NCBI RefSeq assembly: GCF_009914755.1
Contig: NC_060944.1
Length of the DNA: 64,000 nucleotides
Source: the human T2T-CHM13v2.0 reference genome, Homo sapiens
Reading direction: 5' to 3' (one strand)
The notes under the pieces are model-generated. The model was given only the letters and a program-made list of their open reading frames with translations. It had not been told where the DNA came from and made no database searches. The position numbers were made by a program, and so were the translations under genes. Positions 41,721 through 53,990 of the stretch are shown piece by piece. Position 1 is the stretch's first letter, and every line of letters begins with the position of its first letter.

Positions 41721-44700
41721 AGGGCAGTCACGCTAAGATACTGGGAAAATGTCGCAATTTCACTAACTGAGCAGGAATGAAACCACTAGCAATTAAAACT
41801 ACAGAACCCACAGAAGGCCACAACACTCCGAGGACAGAGAGATGTCTTGCAAAACTCTCTTATCTCAGTTGTGGACAGGAAGCTTTTGTTTTTGTTTTTC
41901 TAACTAACTGAGCAAGGTCAAAAATTTACGAAGTGACAAGATGAAGATTTCCTGACAGCATAAAACAAGCCTCTCCTTAAGTATTTTCCAAGGTTCATCT
42001 CAATCCCCACACAGCACCTCATTCCTAGAATGCTTATGGTCAAAAATCACACTTTGGAAGTTAATTAAATTCCCGTTGTCCTCTAATTGTGAGTGTGAGT
42101 GTGTGACACAGGCTGGCGGCTACAACTCCTGTCCCAGAGGCTCTTTTGCCAGGGACCCTGCACCATCTCCACCAGGTGCCCAGGCACTCAGGAGGCACTG
42201 CTGGACTTCTTGCTGGGCCATTGGCTCCCTAAATACACAGATTATTGCTTAAAGGCGAGGATCTCCTCCACTTAAGTCAAATCTCACATGCCTCAATGCC
42301 TTTTCTTTTTATATGTGGCTCCTCACATGCCTGAAACCAAATCTGCCATTTGGAAAACCGGAAAGTCTTCTCTTGCTCCTCTTCCCTCCCTCCTCAGTGA
42401 AGAGCAGGGAGAGAAGTGACGGCTGCTTCCTGAGGGAACTTCTAGACCAGTAAAGGGAAGGACTCCCAATTTATGATGACTTTTAGCCGAAACAATGGAT
42501 GGGGAAGAGGGGGTCCAGAAGTAATCACCAGCCTCCAGTGCATTCTCATTTCTGACGTTGAGAGGCCCTTCTTTCATTCTCCTGGCTCCATGATATTTTA
42601 TCATGCACAATGTATGTCACTCATGGGCCCTATTAGGAATCCTATCATCCTAGCAGTGGAGGTGACCTTGTAGACCAACCCATCCAACACCTCAGGGTTC
42701 TCATACACAAGGAAAGAAGAAGTGGAAAGAAAACCCTGATGTGGAAACCAAGTATCCACCACAAGGAAGCCAAGGATGCACCCGGCTAGGGCACTGATCT
42801 GATTATCAACTCGTCCAGATCAACCCCACACACACCTGACTGAGACCTAAGGGGTCCACACATCCTAACACCAGCACGAGGCAGGACCTCATCTTCACTG
42901 GACTGTCTTTTAGAAAAATGAAGCCAAGCGAAAATAACAAACAAATACCTTAGAATTCTCTTTAACGCAAAGCAATGCTACAGTGAATGACGCCGATTTC
43001 TCCCCAGTTATCAGGATGGACTGATTACAGTGCCCAGATTCATTTGCCTGAAGATAATTGCCTCAATTATCCACTTCACTTTGCACATATAGAAATAGTC
43101 CCAATCTACTGGAGCCTCAGTGACTAGACATGTAAAATTGGTCTAATCATATTTTGAAGAGCTCGAGCTGCAAGGATTTCTATGAGCGTGTGCCTAAACC
43201 GTGACAACACTAAGGGTTTCTCCCCTCCGGGCTCGAGGCGCGCTCGCTCTCTCCCTCCCAGAAGTCTGATGGGGTGAGTCAGATCCTCAGCAGATAAGAT
43301 GAAAACAACTTTGAGGCTCTCTGTCAGGGCTAGGGGCTAGAGGAAAGATAGGATGTCCAGGACAGCTGGACAAAAGACAAAGCTATGAGCCGAGAGCTTT
43401 CCTGACGGTTGAGTGGTCCTTTGCAATCAGCAGTGTTTTCACCCACAGCTCACTGGCTGGCATGGCTGCTGGTGGGCAGGGCAGAGGTGGACATCTGGGG
43501 CCAGAACCCCGTAGACTGGGGGTGTCCTGGGACAATGATGTCTCAACTGGCTGCAGGAAAGAACCAGACAAGCTCAGTGTAGGTCTGGCTGGGCAGACAG
43601 CCGGAACTCAAGATGAAGCAAGGCAGGGTGTCAGAGTCCAGGGTCTGAACCGGAGAATACAGAATGCCAAGCTCCAGGGCCACGGGAGAGAAATGAGACA
43701 CCACGTCCAAGAGGGCCTGTACCCCTCTTGGGTACTGATGCTTTGCCTGAGCAAGGGGGCTTCTAGATGCTTCCCGTTGGATCCAGAGTCTAGAAATTGC
43801 TCCTCCTGTGGCAGAGGGAGAGAGAGGGAGATAGGCACTTATCAGTAGGAGAAGCTCAACAGAGCACGAAGTGAAGAGAAAGTAAGGGAGCTCCTGGGAA
43901 GACAGCTCCGAGCAATCTCTACGCACAGAACGAAGGCTCCTTTCTGATCCTACGCCCTTTAAAAACGAATGGCACAAATACAGTATTGTAATCCCAAAAA
44001 TGGCCTGGACAGAAACCAGCCATGTCAAAAAGGTGATTATTTCCCTCTATTGTTTGCTTTTAGCTCTAGATGGCATTCCCCCAAATCTCAAAATCAGGAG
44101 CTCGAGGTTTTCACCATTTCTACTGGTGAGAGCCAATTGATATCAGCGCAGTCTGAATAGCAGCAAAATAGCACCCTAGAGAGCTGAGCCAAATGCTTCT
44201 GCATTGTACCTGGTCCTCTCTGGGGAACAGGCGGGAGGGGCCAATACCAAATTCTCGGTGGGGTTGAGCCTTACTGGCTGATTGCCACAGTGAGGGGTAG
44301 CGAGTGCTGCAAACTCCCTGAATTCATTTCTGTCCAAAGGAAAGTTGGAAAAGCTCTTCATCTCCAAAAATAGTCCTTTCCAATGATTATCCAAAAAATA
44401 TCTTCAAGAGTGATTATACCCGCTCACCAGGCAGGGCAGAACCAATCCATTATCTTGAGTTTCATCTTAGAAAATGCATTGAGGTCTGTGGGACCTCTGA
44501 CAATAGCCTGCAAGCCTTCTGAGAACCCATGATTCATCTGTCTCCCCCAGGGCCACTGGCACATGGCTTTGCACACGGTAGACACATGGTTAGAAACAAG
44601 TGGATTGAAAGCAATTCTCATGGGCTTTTAAAAATCAAAAGAAAATCTCAGAGTCAGACTAGGTAAAGACTCATCTCTTTCTGAAAATCACAAGATGAAC

Positions 44701-46469
44701 TGTACCTCTGATTCTAACCAGTTACTCAACTTCCCTCCCTGTCTATCTGGGCTGGAATGTATTACTCTACACCTGTCAGCAATCTGGTTTTAATATTTGG
44801 GGGCACTTCACATCAATGTGTGTGATGTTGGATGGCAGGAATTGCTCATCCTCAATTACTTCGATCTCCCCACAGTGCCCGGAATAGTGTCTTGATCATA
44901 GAAGTGGCTCAATTTATGATTGCTAAATAGCCAATTTCATTTGTAATTTCCGAGACAGCTCCAGGAGAGGAGGCAAAGAGAACCAATGTAATTAACAGAT
45001 GGACTTGACTCATTTCTTTGCTTCAACAAGTGATGAGTTGTGGAGCAAAGAGCCTCCACACCCTGCCTTGGTGAGGAAAGCTCCTCCACAGGCCGCTGGG
45101 TCCATTGCACACATCTGTTTGCCCTGTCTTAAAACTGCCACCCCAACACTCCTTCCTGTCACTGAGCCACTTGCACTTTCAATGCTTCCAAAATAGTAAA
45201 AAGTGGGGGCGGGGGGGAGGATCGTGTCCATCAGTAGAGCCCCCAAACCCTTCTCCCACAGCCTACAGAGGCCTTCAATGGAATCAGAGGCTAACCTGAT
45301 AAGACTGCGGTGGGCACCGAGTTCCAACCCCACTTGCTCACGCACACCACGAAAAACATCTCCAGTGTGTGGTTACCTGTCCTTTGACTTCACATTGCTT
45401 CTGACAAAGCGCCAACTTTCTGACAGCCCACTCCATGTCAGATTCTTCTTTGGGTTGCGCTGAAGGCTTTCTGCTACAACTACCACCGATAGGTTCTAAT
45501 TTTGCCCTCTAGAGCCATATATAATAAATCTTAAGGCCTCTTCCACATGAAAATCCTTTAAGGAGCTAAAGACAATATTCTTCACAATTTATCCGAATCA
45601 GAAGCTTACTGTATGATACTGTAGTGAGCTGGGAACTGCGCTTTCCTGTCCAACTGGTTTAGGAGCCTCCCTCCAGCAGAGACCCGCAAGTGATATATGC
45701 CCATACTTTATTTACCAGCAGACAGAGAGAGCCCCTTGTTCCTCAGCCCGGTAACAACAGAGGTGGTTCATCACCCACTTGCTCCTTTTTGAAATTCACT
45801 CTGCAGCGAGCACTTTTTAAAGTCACGCACGTAATGCATTTTAAAGAGCATCTGCTGTACGGCTCCATTTGCTCGACCTCGGCACTAAGTGTGAGATGGA
45901 ATGGCATCTCAGTGCAGTCCCCCACTCCTTCCTCCCAGAGCCTGTGGTGAATGTACACTGAGATGTATTTATAACTACACAGGACTGGGGCTCAAAAATG
46001 CAGTCTTTTGTTAAATGTGTGTTTGCTGATTAAAATGCATCTTGCAAAGAAAGCGCATTGCTAATGCAGAATCTAGTCCAAATATATGTATTATGTAATG
46101 CACATTTTTTAATAATGCAGGCAATCTCGGTGTATCTATATTAGTGAATCAGCTCTGGGCTGCCATCTCCTTTATAGGCATAAAAGCACTCCATCTGAAG
46201 AATGAAGTACTTTCTTATGTACACTAAAGAATCATAATCTACCTCGTTGCTGACAGCTGACATTAGTTTCCATTCAAAGGGCATTTACTAGCACCCATAT
46301 ATTCCTGATTTTTCCCCCAACGTGCCCTGAAATCAGCTTGAATAATATATTTCTGTTCCATATGCTGTCGATGGAGCTGTGCTAATTAGAAGAAATAAAG
46401 TGGGTGGGTCAGTGTAGGCAGACTCTCTGGAAACGTGCCCCATTAGTTGGGACTCAGAAGCGGAGATGA

Positions 46470-46907
<438 letters not shown>

Positions 46908-47775
46908 TAACACAGAGTGCAAGATACAAGCTAGACACAGCCAAGATGCAGAAAGGAAAACCTCAACACATCCAAAGCAGTTGCTGGTCTCTCACTGGGG
47001 TATGAACTCTGCACTTAGTGGTTTTAATACGGGTGTGGTGTTGAAGGTGTGAGGTTAAGTTCCATCATGGTGAGAATGGCTGTGGGTACCTGACTGACTC
47101 TTCAGACACCAGGCAGAAGTACCAGTACCAGGAGGGCCTGGTGGGCCACCCAGTGGTAGAGCCTCTTTTTTTAAGATTCCCCATACTGACTCAAGAAGGA
47201 GAAAAGGACCACAACCCATGACATGTGTCCTAAGTGAAACAACCTTCTTGATACTCCCAGGGATTTTAGGATGATGGCTTTGCTCTGAGTTGTTTCGCCT
47301 TTGGACTTGTCACTATGGCCAAAAAGGCACCCCATAATCATCATGGAGGGCCAGACTGAAGACACGCACACCTCAAAAGCAGCAGCCAGGTTAGCTCCCA
47401 CTGTAGGGATCTCCTCCTGTAGGCCATCATTTGATTTTCTAGGGCCAAGAAAGAGTGGCACTATTTACTCCAAATCTTCAGCCTTGCAGAGTACAACAAC
47501 ACGATCTAGTGGTGTCTGACCGCCCCCTAGCCCTGATCCAATCATTTTCTCATGTGGAATTCAAGCTAGATTAAACAATGTTGGTGGGTACAGAGGGATT
47601 CTGACTGATTCAATCTCCTGATTCACAGCAAATTAATCCAAAATATCCTTTCCTTAATACAATACTTTTGTTGTTGTTGTTCACTACTCTACCTTCAGCA
47701 CCTAAAACACAGCTTGGCACATGCAAGGCACCCAATGAGTATTGCTGAGTTACCTTTGTTAAAAACCTATCTAGG

Positions 47776-48081
47776 AGCCGGGCGCGGTGGCTCACGCCTG
47801 TAATCCCAGCACTTTGGGAGGCCGAGGCGGGCGGATCACTTGAGGTCAGGAGTTTGAAACCAGCCTGGCCAATATGGCGAAACCCCTCTCTACTAAAACT
47901 ACAAAAATTAGCCGAGCGTAGTGGTGCACGCCTGTAATCCCAGCTACTCAGGAGGCTTAGGTAGGAGAATCTCTTGAAGCCAGGAGGCAGAGGTTGCAGT
48001 GACCCAAGATCACATCAGTGCACTCCAGCTTGGGTGACAGAGCAAGATTCTGTCTCAAAAAAAAAAAAAAAAAAAAAAAAA
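47776..48081 (+). mobile_element. Alu (AluS-like) with pure A tail and target-site duplication
   Basis: Full Alu; AAAAACCTATCTAGGA before and AAAAACCTACCTAGGA after. Confidence 0.96.
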
Positions 48082-48599
48082 CCTACCTAGGAAATGGCTG
48101 TAAGGGGCCTCCAGTGAGGATTCCGTGTCACCCTGAACTGCCCCGCAGGAGAGAAGTGGTTGTGTGAACTGAGAGCGCAGGAAAGACTTCCCTTTACCCA
48201 TGCTCTCAGCTCCAGTCCACTTCCAGCACCACCTTCTCAGCTCAATCGAGCTCAGGGCAGTCCTCAGATGGGCTTGCAGACTTGCAAACTACTACCTCAA
48301 CCGTGGGGGCCCTTGTTGAAGAAGATGAGGTAATTAGCCAATTCAGACTGTTTGAGCACGTATTTTTTGGAAACTTTTCTAATTACAGTCACTATAACAG
48401 ATCTGCTAAAGGTAGTTTCATGATTAATGGCTGCCCGAAGTTACCATCCTCAAACTATTAAGCCATTGGAAAATGCTAGAGGCTTAATACTCGTGTATAG
48501 ACAGACCCTCATTCCCCTGAATATTTGCTATTTGGGGTTCTGGGTTTTTAGCTGCTCCCAGGCTGTGTTTATTTCCCCAATAACTGGGGAAACTGGGGA

Positions 48600-51400
48600 G
48601 GGGCACGACCCCACGGGAGCCTGCGCCCACCTGCCCAAGTACTGGACCTGGGGCTAGCTTGCCGCTTGCTCCTTGCCACCCGCCAGGCCCCCCGCCCATC
48701 GCTTCGCCCAAATCCTTTCAAACAAGGTTCCCTCCTGCCACCTGCCGGCCCACTAGGGTCTGCGCCACAGGCTCGGCGCCACCACGCAGCTCGCGGGGAG
48801 GTGGCCCCCACCTCCTTACTGCACATGCCCGGCAGAAGTCCGGGCGCGCAACTTCGCAGAACCTCACTGCCCGTCCCTCCTCGCCTCAGTCTCCTCTGTC
48901 CTCTCCCAGGCAAGAGGACCGGCGGAGGCACCTCTCTCGAGTCTTAGGCTGCGGAATCTAAGACTCAGCGAGAGGAGCCCGGGAGGAGACAGAACTTTCC
49001 CCTTTTTTCCCATCCCTTCTTCTTGCTCAGAGAGGCAAGCAAGGCGCGGAGCTTTAGAAAGTTCTTAAGTGGTCAGGAAGGTAGGTGCTTCCCTTTTTCT
49101 CCTCACAAGGAGGTGAGGCTGGGACCTCCGGGCCAGCTTCTCACCTCATAGGGTGTACCTTTCCCGGCTCCAGCAGCCAATGTGCTTCGGAGCCGCTCTC
49201 TGCAGAGCCAGAGGGCAGGCCGGCTTCTCGGTGTGTGCCTAAGAGGATGGATCGGAGGTCCCGGGCTCAGCAGTGGCGCCGAGCTCGCCATAATTACAAC
49301 GACCTGTGCCCGCCCATAGGCCGCCGGGCAGCCACCGCGCTCCTCTGGCTCTCCTGCTCCATCGCGCTCCTCCGCGCCCTTGCCACCTCCAACGCCCGTG
49401 CCCAGCAGCGCGCGGCTGCCCAACAGCGCCGGAGCTTCCTTAACGCCCACCACCGCTCCGGCGCCCAGGTATTCCCTGAGTCCCCCGAATCGGAATCTGA
49501 CCACGAGCACGAGGAGGCAGACCTTGAGCTGTCCCTCCCCGAGTGCCTAGAGTACGAGGAAGAGTTCGACTACGAGACCGAGAGCGAGACCGAGTCCGAA
49601 ATCGAGTCCGAGACCGACTTCGAGACCGAGCCTGAGACCGCCCCCACCACTGAGCCCGAGACCGAGCCTGAAGACGATCGCGGCCCGGTGGTGCCCAAGC
49701 ACTCCACCTTCGGCCAGTCCCTCACCCAGCGTCTGCACGCTCTCAAGTTGCGAAGCCCCGACGCCTCCCCAAGTCGCGCGCCGCCCAGCACTCAGGAGCC
49801 CCAGAGCCCCAGGGAAGGGGAGGAGCTCAAGCCCGAGGACAAAGATCCAAGGGACCCCGAAGAGTCGAAGGAGCCCAAGGAGGAGAAGCAGCGGCGTCGC
49901 TGCAAGCCAAAGAAGCCCACCCGCCGTGACGCGTCCCCGGAGTCCCCTTCCAAAAAGGGACCCATCCCCATCCGGCGTCACTAATGGAGGACGCCGTCCA
50001 GATTCTCCTTGTTTTCATGGATTCAGGTTAGTTGCCCACCGCTAAACTGGGGAGCCTGAGGGCGGTGTGGGAGCAGCGCGGGTGGAAAGGAGGTGAGAAG
50101 GAAAGGCAGGTCAGGGGCGAGTGGGAAGAGAGGAGGCTCAGCTGGTCAGCCTGGGATCGGGGGTCAGGGTGAGGCGGCGAGGGCTCCCCCAAACTTCCCA
50201 GGATGCCAGGGGCGCCCTGGTGGCCAAAGGCTTGTTGGACGGCGGGGCGCACGCCGTGCGTCCCGCTGGAGACAACCTGAGGTCTCCGAGCTGGTGCCCC
50301 GGCTACGCGACTGAATCCCGAACGCACCCCAGATTTGGAGCTGCACACCCAAACGGCATTGGTAAGTCACTTGTTTTGCGCGCTTTTCTTCCTCCTAGAA
50401 AGACTAGTCTCAAATAAGTTGGCCTTCTCAGGTGTCCAAAATGTGGTTCGGAGGTGCGCGCGCCAACTTTCACGATGTGAGAGCAGCCGCGCTGTAGAGA
50501 CACCGTTGAAATGTGCGGAAAGTAATCTGAATGGGAATGGGCGAGAACTCTAGAGACTGACCACCCGGGAGGGAAGTCACGCGCGCGCGGCGCCTAAGCA
50601 GCTCAGAGCCGGAGCCCAGGTCCCAGAGCTGACAATTAAGCCGCGGGACCTCCGCGCCAGTGCCTCCAGCTGCCGTGCGCCAGCCTTGGCCGCCACAGCC
50701 CGCCTCCCGTCGCTCGCGGGACAGAGACCGCCTCAAAGAGCGTGCGCACCTGCCCGCGCGCGCCGGAGCTGACCTCTCCCGGCGGCGGGCGGTTAGGGGA
50801 AAGTACCTGGGGGAAAGGTAGAGGAGGTAAGGGGACCCTTGGGGGTGCCCCTACGGGCTACCAGGGTTGAACGCACAGGCATGGTCACGTCGGGGTATTG
50901 CCAAGCTTTTGGCGCAGCTGGTCGGGTGGCCAGGCTGCATGCGGCTTAGCAGGAGACGTCCTGGGCTGTTTGCGCAGGACCTCTGGAGGCCCTCGAGATC
51001 GTCGCAAGTGGAAAGGTAAAGCGGAACAAGGGACAGGCTGGAGACGGGGGTCGCGTCTAACATCAGGATAACTTACAATTCGTTTCCAAAGAGCGCGGTA
51101 CGCGCAGAGCTGGGGAAAGGTGTTGGATCCGGCGCCAGTCCTTGGACGATCAGTCGTCGAAAAGGAGGCAGGGGCCGGCGGCTCCGGCAGCCTTGGGGAG
51201 GGGAGGCGAGGCGGCGTGCTCCGGCCATTTTCAGCACGGGTAGAGTTAAGTTTAATCTGTAACCTGGAGGGGAATCTGCTCTGATGACCCAGCACAAAAA
51301 CGGCAGCAATCTGGTAACGCACCTTCGGAAGGGAAGGCGTGCTCTCCTCGCCAGTCCTGGGGGGAAAGACTGATAAGTGAAATGTCTTTAAAAAATCTCA
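48600..51400. promoter_or_regulatory. CpG island: NESP55 promoter/exon and NESP55 DMR (paternally methylated)
   Basis: Dense CpG and high GC around the NESP55 exon; methylation status is from established knowledge. Confidence 0.85.
49247..49984 (+). CDS. GNAS: Neuroendocrine secretory protein 55 (NESP55), 245 aa, single coding exon
   Basis: [25 protein letters not shown]...GPIPIRRH, with a hydrophobic signal segment, acidic ETEPE repeats and dibasic sites. The true ATG is 49247, not the GTG at 49085. The exon ends at CAG|GTTAGT (50026/50027). Confidence 0.98.
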
Positions 51401-52313
51401 TCCGACTTGGAAATTGATTTTTTTTTTCCTGGTGTGCGTGTCTCATTTTGCGCCGGCTTAATTATACGGATGACAACGATTTGGAGGAATAGTAAAGCGT
51501 TTTGAGGGCTTGAGATGAATGACGGTCAGGTTCTTAACTCCTAAGAAAAGGATGATGATAGAAGGAAAATACCTTAAATGGTCTTCCTTCCAGGACCTAT
51601 TCCGTAGGAAAGGCGTCGCGGCGCCCAAGACTTAGTTCTGCCGGGCTGCAGCGCAGACTGTGGTTGGATGCTTTTGTGGTCTTCCCTAGTAAATACGGAG
51701 AAACTAGTTTATTTGCAAGTGGTTTTCTGCGACAGCAATGTTAGTCTCAGAAGTTTGGAGGCTGCGGAAGGGCTAGGCGTGCCCCGCTTTTGGCTTGCCC
51801 CTAAGTCGAAATTCCTGCTTAATGTAAACAATGATGGTGTGTTGGCTTTCTGTGACATTAAGTGTTCAGTTTTTCCTCTGGTAATGTCTCAGCCTGAGTT
51901 CACCAAGCAAAATGTCTCTAGGGACAAGCAAGAAAAACTAGGGATTGTGTTGAATTTCTTTGGTGTGCCTTTCAAGTGTGGGAGCTATCTTCAGACTGGG
52001 TATTCCGGGAGACCCGTTTTCCCACAGAGAATTATTCATTAGAGAAATGAGCATGTTGCCTTGTTGCAGGATGAATAAACAAGTTTTTTAAAAGCCCTCC
52101 GTGTCGAGCCCACACCTCACACCCATCTTGCTGTTTTTTAAACAGAAGCCCAACACAGGGATGTTTCCTGAACTGTAAGCAATGTACCATGTTCACATGT
52201 AGCGAGGAGGGGCAATCTAGGAACACACACTGTCTTTCAGACAGTCTTCCACAAACTGCCTCGCCATCTGCATTACAGCCCAATTGTAAAAACCTGTTAC
52301 CTACCGGCACACA

Positions 52314-52376
52314 CTCTCCCCCGCTCAATTCCCCTCCCCCGCTCAATTCTCCTCCCCCGCTCAATTCCCCTCCCCC
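52314..52376. repeat. 18-bp C-rich tandem repeat, about 3.5 copies
   Basis: Unit CCCCTCCCCCGCTCAATT. Confidence 0.9.
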
Positions 52377-53889
52377 AGCTTCCCTCTTTACACCCTGATT
52401 CAAGGGTGGAAAAGCCAGTGCAGACCATATGAAGCAACTGAGAGCTATACCAACCCCCGAGGAAAGCACCTATGGCCCTCCCTGAGAAGACAGGATTTTG
52501 CTATATAGACTTCGCAAACCTTCTCTCTGCCTGAGAGACTGGTACTCAGCTCCTTCCTTTTCCAGAGCCATTTTTAGCAACTTCCCCAAGCATTCCCAAC
52601 TCACTAGTCTCCCAGCTGGCCCTTTGCCCCACCCTGCTCAACTGGGGTTAGCATCTGAATAGGCCCACTTGCCCCTTTTACATAGGTGAGGTCTGCGGGG
52701 TGAGGATAGGCTCCCAAGAAAAAGCAGATCTTATGGTGAACCACATAGGTGAATTACCAGCCACTTTTAATATTTCAAATGGAGGGTGAGGGAGGAGGAG
52801 GAGCAGGAGAATAAAGCTAGCTAAACATGATGATATGCCCCCAATATTGAAGTTGTTTCCTTTAGTACATTAATCATTTGCTTAATGGAAATTTGCTTTT
52901 GTGGGGGAGGGGAGGGCGACCCAAAGGTGCTCTTGTAACTGAACTTATCTGAGCTGGGAATTTATGTTGCAATGTTCCAATATTGTGTGGGGTCAACCTG
53001 ATGTAGGTTTAAAGTTTTGCAAACAAAACTCTTTTATGTTCATCAGAATTCAAGAATTAGAAATGTTACAGTTTGGGATTGTTTTGAGATGTTTCTTTAA
53101 TGCACTGCAAGCCTTTCTCACCCTGGAGTTGCTTACAGCCTTTAACTCTTCAGCCTTCATTTTCTGCAGCTGTGTGGAAGGTTAAGGAGGAAGAAAGCTG
53201 AAACTTCAGTGTTGGTAAGAATGAGGTTTTTTGGTTTTTTAATAATCTACATGGATTTACCTCAATTATCAGTTATTATTATACTGCTCTTCAAGAAGAG
53301 GGAAGCTTTTGAGAGGAAACTGAGCAGAAACCATGGTGTGAGTAAAGCATGTCTCCTAACTGCTTACCTGGAAGGTGACCTATCACAAAAACCAAATCAC
53401 TAAAATAAAATTAAGCTTCCAGGCCAGTGATGTCATGTGCTGGCTCAACTGCTGCTCTTCTCTAAAAAATCACCCAGCAGAGGGATGAGATGCTCAAATG
53501 ACATCTTTAATCCCCATGTTCAAGAATGAGAGATGGAATTTCTTGTTCTGTTGTGGGGTTTTGACACTAATGACTCTATTTCCTATAACTTGATGTCCCA
53601 AACTGGAGCAGTGGGATCTAAGACGAAAGGCCCAGGGCTAGCAGCCCAGGTTGCTTCTAGCCATGGTCAAGTGGCCTTAGGTCAGACCCAACACCCCTCT
53701 GCCTCAGTTTCTTCTAAAATGAGATCGCTGAATGAGATGATCCTATTTATCCCTTTCAGCTCCAAATGTCTAGATTGATTAGCTTAAGAAGCCTGGGGTT
53801 GTCCAATTTGACTCTACACTAGTGATTTTAACCCTAATGGAACTCCCAAAAAACATCGAAAGTTGCTCAAATAAAAAGCACCAGCTAGG

Positions 53890-53990
53890 TATCGCGCCAT
53901 TGCACTCCAGCCCGGCCTACAGTGTGAGACTCCATCTCAAAAAAAAAACAAAACAAAACAACAACAACAACAAAAAACCCCGAAAAACAA
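53890..53990 (+). mobile_element. Severely 5'-truncated Alu with 17-bp target-site duplication
   Basis: About 50 nt of Alu 3' end plus A-rich tail; AAAAAGCACCAGCTAGG at 53873-53889 and 53991-54007. Confidence 0.92.

Noticed and set aside
49085-49246. 54-aa N-terminal extension of NESP55 in the ORF track
   Set aside because: Starts at a GTG inside a candidate intron; the known 245-aa protein starts at ATG 49247.
50355-51320. Exact limits of GNAS-AS1 internal exons and a possible extra plus-strand first exon (donor-like TG|GTAAGT at 50362)
   Set aside because: Several plausible splice signals; they cannot be assigned without transcript data.
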